The position numbers were made by a program, and so were the translations under genes. The notes under the pieces were generated by a model. That model did not search any database. It had not been told where the DNA came from and worked only from the letters and a program-made list of their open reading frames with translations. Source: Gammaproteobacteria bacterium (GTDB lineage Bacteria; Pseudomonadota; Gammaproteobacteria; Steroidobacterales; Steroidobacteraceae). From it: DNA of 39,373 bases. Positions 28,916-37,121 of this stretch are shown here, in pieces (the first letter of the stretch is position 1; each line of letters starts with the position of its first letter). The stretch spans positions 1 to 39,373 of the forward strand of contig PLIX01000151.1 of the NCBI GenBank assembly GCA_003140135.1. Reading direction: 5' to 3'.

Positions 28916-29849
28916 CGAGGAGTCGGTTTTTGTTGCGGGCCATCGCGGGCTCGTGGGCTCGGCAATCGTACGCGCGCTACGCGCCAGAGGCTATCCATCG
29001 ATCATCACTAGAACTCGCGATGAGCTCGACCTTCGAGTGCAGTCGTCGGTTGACAAGTTCTTTGCGATCGAGCGGCCGCGTTTCGTATTCCTCGCCGCAG
29101 CCAAGGTCGGGGGGATCCATGCAAATGAACTGCTGCCTGCGGACTTCCTGCGCGATAATCTGCAGATTCAGACAAACGTCATCGATGCCGCACGGCGTCA
29201 CAATGTTCGAAAACTGTGCTTTCTGGGGTCAAGCTGCGTCTATCCCCGATTAGCTACGCAGCCGATTCGCGAGGAATATCTTCTTTCAGGGCCGCTCGAA
29301 CCGACCAATGAGTCGTACGCGATCGCAAAAATCGCAGGCATAAAGATGTGTCAGGCTTATTTTCGCCAATATCAATTTCATGCCATATCGCTGGTTCCAA
29401 CTAATCTGTACGGTCCCGGGGACAGCTTTAGCCTCGACCACTCGCACGTAGTGCCGGCGATGATTCGGCGATTTCACGAAGCGAAAGTGCACGTAACTTC
29501 GCAAGTATCGCTGTGGGGTACCGGCAACGCTCGTCGAGAGTTTCTGCACGTCGATGATCTGGCCCAAGCGTGCCTTTTTTTGATGGCCAGCTACGATTCC
29601 CCGGAGATCATTAACGTCGGAACCGGGGTGGACATCAGTATTGCCGAGCTTGCGCATCTCGTCAGCCATGCAGTGGGCTATTCCGGGACCGTCGAGTTCG
29701 ACTCCTCGCGCCCGGACGGCCCTCCGCGCAAACTTCTAGATGTGACCCGACTTACGGAGTTGGGCTGGCGCGCGCAGATCTCTCTCGCCAATGGCATTCG
29801 CGAGACCTACGAATGGTACGTCCAGGACCACAGCGTCGCGCGCAATTGA
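28908..29849 (+). CDS. fcl: GDP-L-fucose synthase (GDP-4-keto-6-deoxy-D-mannose 3,5-epimerase/4-reductase)
   Basis: 313 aa. VFVAGHRGLVGSAIVR, FLAAAKVGGIHAN, FLGSSCVYP, ESYAIAKIAG (YxxxK), PTNLYGPGD. Confidence 0.92.
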   Translation: MNNEESVFVAGHRGLVGSAIVRALRARGYPSIITRTRDELDLRVQSSVDKFFAIERPRFVFLAAAKVGGIHANELLPADFLRDNLQIQTNVIDAARRHNVRKLCFLGSSCVYPRLATQPIREEYLLSGPLEPTNESYAIAKIAGIKMCQAYFRQYQFHAISLVPTNLYGPGDSFSLDHSHVVPAMIRRFHEAKVHVTSQVSLWGTGNARREFLHVDDLAQACLFLMASYDSPEIINVGTGVDISIAELAHLVSHAVGYSGTVEFDSSRPDGPPRKLLDVTRLTELGWRAQISLANGIRETYEWYVQDHSVARN

Positions 29850-30186
29850 AACCGCTAAGGGTGCGGGATGCGAATTGGCCCCAACGTATGGCATTAATAT
29901 CGTTGAATGAATCGCCTTGGCGTTTGGCTTGGGCCTCGAATTCGCGCCACGATGTGTTCATCTCTTGTCTGGCTGCAGCCGCCGCCCTGGAACTATTTCG
30001 CGATATTCTTGTTTCCGGTCCTACCGGAATTCAGCCCGCTTCTGCTGGAGGCGATGTTGTCGTTGACTCTGCTCGAGACGAGCCTCTCGAACCAAGACGC
30101 GCTAGAAGTAGCTCCTGTTCGAATACGGCGAGAAGGCGCCGAGGTGTAGGGTCCGTCAGTCTGAGGATCCTAGCCACAAAGACTGG

Positions 30187-32259
30187 ATGGCGCTAAAAGC
30201 AATACTCTCTGAAACAGAACACGTCATCGCCATTGAGCAGGACCTTGGCGGCGACACGGTTGTCGTTACATTCAACCCCATGTGGCAGATTCGAAATGGC
30301 CTCCAATTTTGGGCGGACGAGCTTCTTCTCAAGCAAGGCATATCAGCGATGGGCATTGTCACTCTCGGACCCAACTGGTACCCCCGCCAAGCAATGGATG
30401 AACTCCTTGCGACCGTTCGGGATAGGACCAATGGCAGGAAAGTCGTAACATACGGGCACGGTCAAGGCGGCTATGGCGCGCTGAAATTTGCCGCGCGACT
30501 GAGAGCCTCGGCAACGCTGTCGTTTTTCCCCCAATGGTCTATTGATCCTGCTGACGTAGCGCCGTTTGATACGAGATTCACGCGTTATTTCGATGCGACC
30601 CTTGGCAACGGTCTTCGTGTGGAACAAAGAGATCTGTCCGACTGCTCGTTCATCTTTTTTGACAAGATGGACAAGCTCGATGCCAAGAACGCGGCACACT
30701 TAATGGCGCTCCCGGGAGTGCGGGCGGTCGTCACGCCATTTTCCATGGACGAGACAATCCGCATCCTTACGGACGGACGCGGTACAGCAACGCTAATTGG
30801 CCTATGCGCGTCTGCAACGCCACCTGAAGCATTAAATTTTCGCCACCTCATTCGAGCGTCACGAAAAGGCTCAAGCATCTATATTGATCAACTGTTGCGC
30901 CACTGTATCTTGCGTATGAGTCGATCACGCGCCCACTCGTCCGTATTTGTTTCCCGCCTGCTCGGGAGGACCAAGCGCGACAACCTCTTCTACTCAGCAC
31001 TGGTTGCTCACATGAAGGGTGACGCGATCTTGGCGCAATTGGAATTGGAAAAGACGGGACCAAGAGCCTTTGATAACATTAACTTGGTGTCCTGGTTGCA
31101 CGTCTCACATGACGTTGGCTTCGTAAAAGCTGAACTCACGGTAGCTGCGCAAATCTTGGACAGGCACGCTAACAATACGGCTGCGTGTCTCCAGGCGTTG
31201 AATGCCTTCGTCGCCACGGGAGATCTCGAACGTGTGCACCAGGAACTCGAGCGCCTCGCCAAGCACGCCGACGCGCCAAACCGCATTGCCCGGTTTATCG
31301 AGTTTTCGGTGAAACTACGAAAGCCTGACATTCTCGAGCATTTTCTCTCCGGCGCGCTACCTCGTTCCACGAGGGCGCTTATTTTGTTTTCATTGGTCGA
31401 CCTCTACCAGGAGCTAGGTGACCGACCGAATGGTTTTCGAACGTTGAAGGATCTTGCGACTACTTGTGCGGACTCTCCGGTGGATCTGAGAAGGGTTGCA
31501 GATTATTGTGTCCGCCTTCGCGAAATTGCGTTTGCGCTTGAGATTCGGGAGCGCTTATTGCGGAATGCCCCACGCGATTATTTGCTCGCTCTAGATGTAG
31601 TGGCAGCACGAATTCCGTCAGACAGACACCGAGCTCGTTCTGACTTGAAGACTATTATGGGTGCGTCCGATCTGCCGCCGGCATGCTGGGAGCGAGCATC
31701 TTACTTATACGAGCGCCTTGATGAGGCCGGCGCGGCGCTGCGCGCAATTGCCAAAGCAGTTGCGTTCCGCACTTCGGGCCCTGGAGTGCGACACCGCCTC
31801 GCTGTCCTCTTGGCGCGCAAGGGTCAGACTCGTCGCGCACGCGCGGAATTGACGACTCTTCTCGCCGAAGGCCGCGCTGATCCGAGTCGGCTTCGAGCGT
31901 CCGGCGAGTTGGCGTTCAATCTTGGGGATCGGCAGCTTGCCCAGAGGTTCGCGGAAGCCCAATTTCAGCTTGCGCCGACGGATCCGGTAAGCGTCCTATA
32001 TCTAGCGCGTCAATTGCGGATAGTCGGTGATCGAAATGGGGCGGAGCTATTGCTTTCCGCTCTCTTCGTCGCTGAGCGAAGATCCCCATCCCTTTCAGGC
32101 CAGCAATGGGCTAAGTTAGCTCAGGAATTATATGCCATTGGGGAAATCACTAGAGCGAAAGAAGCGGTCGCTGAAGCGATGGCGAGGGAGCCCGACGGCG
32201 CAGTAGCCCGCAAGCTTGCTGATAGAATTGCCATGGTCGAAAGGCGGGCCAATATGTAG
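30187..32259 (+). CDS. Two-domain protein: N-terminal alpha/beta-hydrolase-like domain with Gly at the nucleophile position, C-terminal TPR-like helical repeats
   Basis: 690 aa. The N-terminal roughly 200 aa include RKVVTYGHGQGGYGALKFAARL, a nucleophile-elbow-like G-H-x-Q-G-G in which x is Gly rather than Ser. The C-terminal roughly 350 aa are Ala/Leu/Arg-rich with roughly 34-aa periodic helical pairs (e.g. ASYLYERLDEAGAALRAIAKAVAF, LRASGELAFNLGDRQLAQRFAEAQFQLAP). Confidence 0.6.
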   Translation: MALKAILSETEHVIAIEQDLGGDTVVVTFNPMWQIRNGLQFWADELLLKQGISAMGIVTLGPNWYPRQAMDELLATVRDRTNGRKVVTYGHGQGGYGALKFAARLRASATLSFFPQWSIDPADVAPFDTRFTRYFDATLGNGLRVEQRDLSDCSFIFFDKMDKLDAKNAAHLMALPGVRAVVTPFSMDETIRILTDGRGTATLIGLCASATPPEALNFRHLIRASRKGSSIYIDQLLRHCILRMSRSRAHSSVFVSRLLGRTKRDNLFYSALVAHMKGDAILAQLELEKTGPRAFDNINLVSWLHVSHDVGFVKAELTVAAQILDRHANNTAACLQALNAFVATGDLERVHQELERLAKHADAPNRIARFIEFSVKLRKPDILEHFLSGALPRSTRALILFSLVDLYQELGDRPNGFRTLKDLATTCADSPVDLRRVADYCVRLREIAFALEIRERLLRNAPRDYLLALDVVAARIPSDRHRARSDLKTIMGASDLPPACWERASYLYERLDEAGAALRAIAKAVAFRTSGPGVRHRLAVLLARKGQTRRARAELTTLLAEGRADPSRLRASGELAFNLGDRQLAQRFAEAQFQLAPTDPVSVLYLARQLRIVGDRNGAELLLSALFVAERRSPSLSGQQWAKLAQELYAIGEITRAKEAVAEAMAREPDGAVARKLADRIAMVERRANM

Positions 32260-32517
32260 CCGTCTGACCGGTGGCGCGGAATCCGAGGTAGATGCCGCTC
32301 ATTTATTTGCGGGCCATTCCTTCGGAGCAGTAAAGCGGGGTTCTAGGACTCCTCATTCAATGATTGCGTCCACCGATTGCATCTGCCTAGCAGACAACTG
32401 CCAACGCAATTGTGTACAGGGAAGCGATAGAACCTCCCAGAGTCCTTGGAACGCCAGCACTGGTCATCGTGACTCGCGATCTATATTCGGAGGAGACCAC
32501 ATGCGTGTCTTCGGCAT

Positions 32518-33987
32518 TCATTCAACTTCGGATATGGTGGTAGGCTTAACCAAGTTTCCTGTTCCAGTGTCAATAATACGGATCGGTTGGGCAGCCCGAT
32601 TTTGCACGCGTCCCGAAAAATTACGCATCAGGACACTATTGCGAGTTGTATCTCGTCCTTGGATTGTTACGTATGTTCCTTGGGAAGCAACGGCGCTTGC
32701 GTTGACATCGACGATGTTGTCAGCGGTGGATGGCGGCGACCCCGCATAGTTCCAGCTGCGTATGTTCACGACTGATCCTGTAATGGCTGCGCCCTGAATT
32801 GCATTAACCTCGATACGGTTGCCAAAGGCGCGGTCTATCACTATTACGTCTTCAACGGCAACCGGTTCGATCACAACAGTGCTGACATTCACAGTATTTG
32901 TATGAGCGCCCTCATTAAATGCGAAGAGCCACTTCACAGGCGGTGCGATCGATATTCCGTTGGCGACTTTAACACGCCCGAGCGTGACCGAATTGTCCTG
33001 GCTTCCGAATGCCAATTCCAATGGTACACCCCGAATCGTCTCAACCTCTGCGCTCAAACTGCACCGTGCGAGAAGATTGCCATAGCCGACCCCTGTATAG
33101 GCATTCACAGCATAGGGCTGGAGTTTGCAATCGAGAGACCCGCCACCGCCCATGAATGGAGCGTGCGGCTGCACTGCGTCCCAAGTGCCGCCGACCACGG
33201 CCGAATCGAAAGTTGCCCACATCGAAACATTAGTGTCCGCATCGCTCGCATTTAGCATATTCATGTCCGTATTTGTCAGGCGTCGAACTTGCACGGCGTT
33301 CTGTGAAGCTTGGAACGGATATTTCAGGTCCAGGCGCCCTCCGAATGAGTCGACTCCGTCCACTCGATCGATCTGAAGCCATGTCGGCTTTAGATGCTCC
33401 TTTCCAACGTCAAAGTGACTCGCCGATTCAATGATAACGATGTCACCGACTGTGTAGTGTTTTGCCGACGCTGCCGTCGACAATACGACGTAATGTGCGC
33501 CCGTTGCAATTGGCTGCGCAACGTCAATCGGAAGTCGCTTGTAGTTATTGGACTCGTAGCTACCGAACATTACGCACGAATAACTGGGCCATTGCCTGAG
33601 TTGCCCGGCGCGACCCTGGGTCGGGTCAATAGGCCCATTCTTGTCCGCATCACCGGTACACCGGATGTGCGTCGAGTTCCGAGGTATACGCAGCGTTACG
33701 CGTGAGCGCATTCGGAGAGCCTGCGAGATACTCCAATACTCCCCAGCAGGGGGATCAGAAACCAGTACGACACCGCCTTCGGGACGCGCTGCTGCAGCGT
33801 CGATCGCCTGCTGAAAGGCCCACCAGTCGTCGCTGATGCCGTCACCCTTCGCGCCGAATTGTTGAGGCGTAAGGACGGCTGCCACCGAACTGCCTTCGGA
33901 AGCGAATGCCCCAATCGCTCCAACAGTCGATTCGAGGACAATGTATCCCCAGATGGCAAAAAGCCGGAGAAATGTCCCGTATAGCAT
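32518..33987 (-). CDS. Membrane-anchored right-handed beta-helix protein (pectate-lyase-superfamily / GH28-related glycanase)
   Basis: 489 aa. N-terminal hydrophobic anchor MLYGTFLRLFAIWGYIVLESTVGAIGAFA. It also has the hallmark LTPQQFGAKGDGISDDWWAFQQAIDAAA seen at the start of Pectate_lyase_3 / tailspike-type depolymerases, followed by Gly/Asn/Val-rich beta-helix-like sequence. Confidence 0.72.
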   Translation of the reverse strand: MLYGTFLRLFAIWGYIVLESTVGAIGAFASEGSSVAAVLTPQQFGAKGDGISDDWWAFQQAIDAAAARPEGGVVLVSDPPAGEYWSISQALRMRSRVTLRIPRNSTHIRCTGDADKNGPIDPTQGRAGQLRQWPSYSCVMFGSYESNNYKRLPIDVAQPIATGAHYVVLSTAASAKHYTVGDIVIIESASHFDVGKEHLKPTWLQIDRVDGVDSFGGRLDLKYPFQASQNAVQVRRLTNTDMNMLNASDADTNVSMWATFDSAVVGGTWDAVQPHAPFMGGGGSLDCKLQPYAVNAYTGVGYGNLLARCSLSAEVETIRGVPLELAFGSQDNSVTLGRVKVANGISIAPPVKWLFAFNEGAHTNTVNVSTVVIEPVAVEDVIVIDRAFGNRIEVNAIQGAAITGSVVNIRSWNYAGSPPSTADNIVDVNASAVASQGTYVTIQGRDTTRNSVLMRNFSGRVQNRAAQPIRIIDTGTGNLVKPTTISEVE

Positions 33988-34856
33988 GCTACTGATCCTT
34001 ATGATGCGCCGATCCGCCAGTCATCGGAAACAACTTTAAAAACTGGCAGAATTCCTTTCATTTCAAACTGCATTCGTGATCGAAGGTACTCGACGGCAAT
34101 TGGGTGTGCTCTTTTTCCTTCTGACCGACGGCAACTCTCAAATTCTCAGGTTAATATAACAGCACCAACACTCCAGAGCCGCCCTTTCCAAACAACTTGG
34201 TGCCTGGCGCTGATATTTTCGCCCGCACAGTTACGATGGGCGGAAAGCTTGCTGCGATCGACCGGGGCTCATACGATAATTCAGTCGGCGTCTGAAGTCC
34301 GCGCATTGGCACGATGGGATCGATCACAGCAATTTGCGCAACGAAGAAAATCGGGCAGGCGGTATTCATTGGTGCCGTCGCGCCGTATAACGGAAACGCT
34401 TAGCGTGGTACGTCAAACACCGGCCGCAAAGGTCGACCACTCGTACCTTGCCACGGACAGCGCCTATATTTCCGAAGTCTCTGCCGATGCAAGGCACCAT
34501 GCGGACACACTTCCACGGCGGTTACACGCTCGCCGGCAGCGAACAAGCTGTTCTTCAGCTAAGCGCTAACGATAAGCTGGGTCGTGATTACTTCGATCAG
34601 GGCGGACCGTAATACGCGGAAAGCGCGCAAGCGTGGTCGTCTTATTTTTCGAGGGCCGGATCGTCTCTGAGGGTGCCTACTCGATTTTGGGAGTTCCGTC
34701 TGGGACTGGCAGGGCAGTCACTTCCTGCAAACGAACGATACATGGAGCTCGACCCGACCGGTTCTTGTTGGGATTAGTAGCACTCGAGGGCGTTGACGAC
34801 TTCTGATGCCGCGAACTATTGCAATATCTCTACGACGGCATAGGGTTCGACAATCC

Positions 34857-35502
34857 ATGATATTCGCGCGTAAAGGCGCTATCGTTGGCTATTGGAGGTT
34901 AGGTAAATCCCTATCAATTCCGCCTATCTCGAAGGTAGAAACATTTCTAAAGGACATTTTCTCTGCTAAGGGGATGTTACGCGATGGCGAGCGCCGCCTT
35001 CTATACTCTATGGCGAAACATGATTTTAGAGGACGTGGCTGGATAGTAGATGTGGGGGCGTACACCGGAGCGACAGCCTATTTTTTGCGCCGGGACTTGC
35101 TGATCGATCTCCCGCGTTGCGGTCCCGAGTTTATGTCCATTCCTACGGTCTCTTCAGGGCTGATGAACCCTATGTGGTCGAGGTGCTCAACAAGGACTTT
35201 GGGCCTGCCGAGCCCGGAGGTAATTTCCTGGAGCACTTCTTGAGCCGGACGGAGCGCTATAAAACCTCTATCAAAGTGCACGCAGGGGTTTTCTCGATCA
35301 ACCTTGGAGCGGCGGAGAGATTGAGTTTCTGTTCCTGGATGTCTGCAAATCAGCAGAATTGAACGCCCGCGCGCTGAAGGACTTCGTGCCGCATCTGATC
35401 CCTGGCAAAAGGTTACTGATACAGCAAAACCTCTTCCACGAATATCATCCGTACATTCATTGGTCGATGCGTGACGGTCCGGTGACGATCGTAGAGATCT
35501 AA
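34857..35502 (+). pseudogene. Disrupted paralogue of the O-methyltransferase-like gene at 37122-38126
   Basis: Three frames must be joined to follow the paralogue. Frame 0: GMLRDGERRLLYSMAKHDFRGRGWIVDVGAYTGATAYF (paralogue GMITKDERILLYYLAKEFYRGSGKIVDAGAFIGASAYC). After the T6 run at 35081-35086: FAPGLADRSPALRSRVYVHSYGLFRADEP (paralogue LASGLQDNPSITNRTGIVYSYDLFRAPNK). After GGGGTTTT at 35285-35292: GFLDQPWSGGEIEFLFLDVCKSAELNARALKDFVPHLIPGKRLLIQQNLFHEYHPYI (paralogue GSLLDFPWDCRNSIEILFADVCKSVELNGHLLRSFIPAMERGRSLLIHQDFFTIWHPYI). In-frame TAA and TAG at 35500-35508 truncate it. Confidence 0.7.
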
Positions 35503-35741
35503 ATTTAGGGTCGCACAGACTTTGTCTCGTCATCGGTCAGGGTTCTGCAGGACGGTGTCTTTTGCACGACAAGCTCGTGGTCGTACTCACCTAAGTGACC
35601 ATAGTGGCCCGTTGGTGACAGGATACCGTTCACCACAATGAACAATACTGGAATTCCAGCGTTGTCGATTGATGGTTTCTGTTCGTTTTTATTGCTGGGG
35701 CAATTGTAGTCGCCAGAGAGCCACGAGTGCGCTGATGACCC

Positions 35742-35882
35742 CTACCGCTTGAACAGGCTCATTTCGAAGCTACCAAAACAATAGCCGGAATACCGGTTTG
35801 GTTGCGCAGGCGGAGCATCGGAGCTCAGAGCGACGGCTGATACGGCAACCGATGCCATGAAGCTAATGACAATGCGGTTCAT
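35742..35882 (-). CDS. Small ORF (46 aa) with a Sec-type signal peptide, possibly the 5' part of a gene interrupted by an amber codon
   Basis: Manual translation gives MNRIVISFMASVAVSAVALSSDAPPAQPNRYSGYCFGSFEMSLFKR followed by TAG. The ATG forms an ATGA overlap with the stop of an upstream 47-aa ORF. The same frame stays open for 78 more codons after the TAG (to 35505). Too short to appear in the track and there is no homology evidence. Confidence 0.25.
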   Translation of the reverse strand: MNRIVISFMASVAVSAVALSSDAPPAQPNRYSGYCFGSFEMSLFKR

Positions 35883-36008
35883 GCCGCCACTTTAATTGCC
35901 AAGCGAAGTAAATTGCCGACATTCCACGGCAGAAGTTCGCTAATTCGACATTCTGGGTATAGAACGGGACTGATCGCGACGAACTCGTATCCGCTGAACC
36001 CTGGGCAG

Positions 36009-36428
36009 TCACCAAATGGCATCGCTGAACTTCGCTACAAATGGGTGTCTGGTATTGGGGCCTTTCGCACACAACTGGATGTAATCCGAGGCGAGCTGGC
36101 CCGCGCCGAGAGACTCCGGGTCGGTGTTGAAAACGCTGACCGTCAGAATATTGCCATTGCTGGAAACGCACCCGGTACCGGTCGTCGTTAAGATGACGGT
36201 GGAACCGGTCTTCGTGAAGCCCGACCACGGTATGTAGCTGCCCGGCGCCGGCAGAGCAAAGCCTATCCCGATGAAACTCGTGCCGCCACTGCCGAAGCCA
36301 CCGCTCACCGCGATGCAGTAGTTTGCAGCGTAACTGTAGACGGGGGCAATCAGCCCCAGCAGTAGGCAATAGGAACAGACGGGGTGTTTTGAAGCGAAAC
36401 ATAAGTTGGTTTCTCCCTCTGTGACCAT
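36009..36428 (-). CDS. Hypothetical secreted Gly/Ser/Thr-rich protein (139 aa)
   Basis: The ORF has a hydrophobic N-terminus (CSYCLLLGLIAPVYSYA / ANY) resembling a signal peptide. The overlapping 179-aa ORF in another frame is Arg/His-rich and looks non-coding. I recognise no family. Confidence 0.35.
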   Translation of the reverse strand: MVTEGETNLCFASKHPVCSYCLLLGLIAPVYSYAANYCIAVSGGFGSGGTSFIGIGFALPAPGSYIPWSGFTKTGSTVILTTTGTGCVSSNGNILTVSVFNTDPESLGAGQLASDYIQLCAKGPNTRHPFVAKFSDAIW

Positions 36429-37121
36429 CGGCGCCGGACGCTACCTAAGTTTCCGGCACTGCGATGATATTATTTCCAACTGGCGAAGCCAGACGACATC
36501 TGGCCGCGCATAGCAAGTAAACAGGCCCCTTGTCCGAACTCTACCGACCATTTTTCACGGTTCTGGGTCGATGCAGTACTTGAAGAAGTGCTTCGCGATC
36601 GAGGCGCTCCAAGTGGACGCCACTCGGGTCTGCCGACTCCAAGCAGAGGTGCCTCGGACCGTGCTTGCAAGAATCGCGAATGACGACTTTTTCAACTGCC
36701 GAGAAACTTGCCCTTCTGGATGTACTGGTAGCGGAGCCTGAGGCGGCAAGTGAGTTAGTGGGCTCTCTTCGCCTGCGTGTATTTGCCGTTGCGCAGGAGT
36801 GGGACGGACTGGAAGACGAATGGGAGGCGTTTAGCAGGAAGAACGATATCGTTGCAAATCAGCTCGGGGTCGACTGCCGTGGTTTCTTCAAGTAGCTGAA
36901 ATAATCTATCGCAATGCTGTGCGCGGTCGTTCTTAATCTCCGAATCGTCTCATGCCATCGCCGGCGTTGGTGAAGTGAATCTTACTTTGCAACAATGACT
37001 TTCTACTGCATCAAGGCAGCCTATACCGGTCGCTCCCATGTATCAACGATCTGATCGACTACAATGATGGTCATTGGCAGCGATATTATGTCGCGCGTTC
37101 TGGATGACCGCCGTTATCACG

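Noticed and set aside
29907-30149. 80-aa plus-strand ORF with a hydrophobic stretch (NYFAIFLFPVLPEFSPLLLEAMLSLTLL) between fcl and the TPR gene
   Set aside because: There is no ribosome-binding site or conservation evidence, and it overlaps other equally weak ORFs. It could be a small membrane protein but is unsupported.
34151-34569. 72-aa minus-strand and 106-aa plus-strand ORFs upstream of the beta-helix gene
   Set aside because: They overlap each other and have no motifs or signals. The region (33988-34856) is treated as promoter or decayed spacer.
35078-35533. 151-aa minus-strand ORF
   Set aside because: It lies antisense to the methyltransferase pseudogene, whose three frames align with the paralogue. 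There are no motifs.
35863-36402. 179-aa minus-strand ORF overlapping the 139-aa ORF
   Set aside because: It is an Arg/His/Gln-rich frame without a hydrophobic core. The alternative frame (36009-36428) has a signal-like N-terminus and more protein-like composition.
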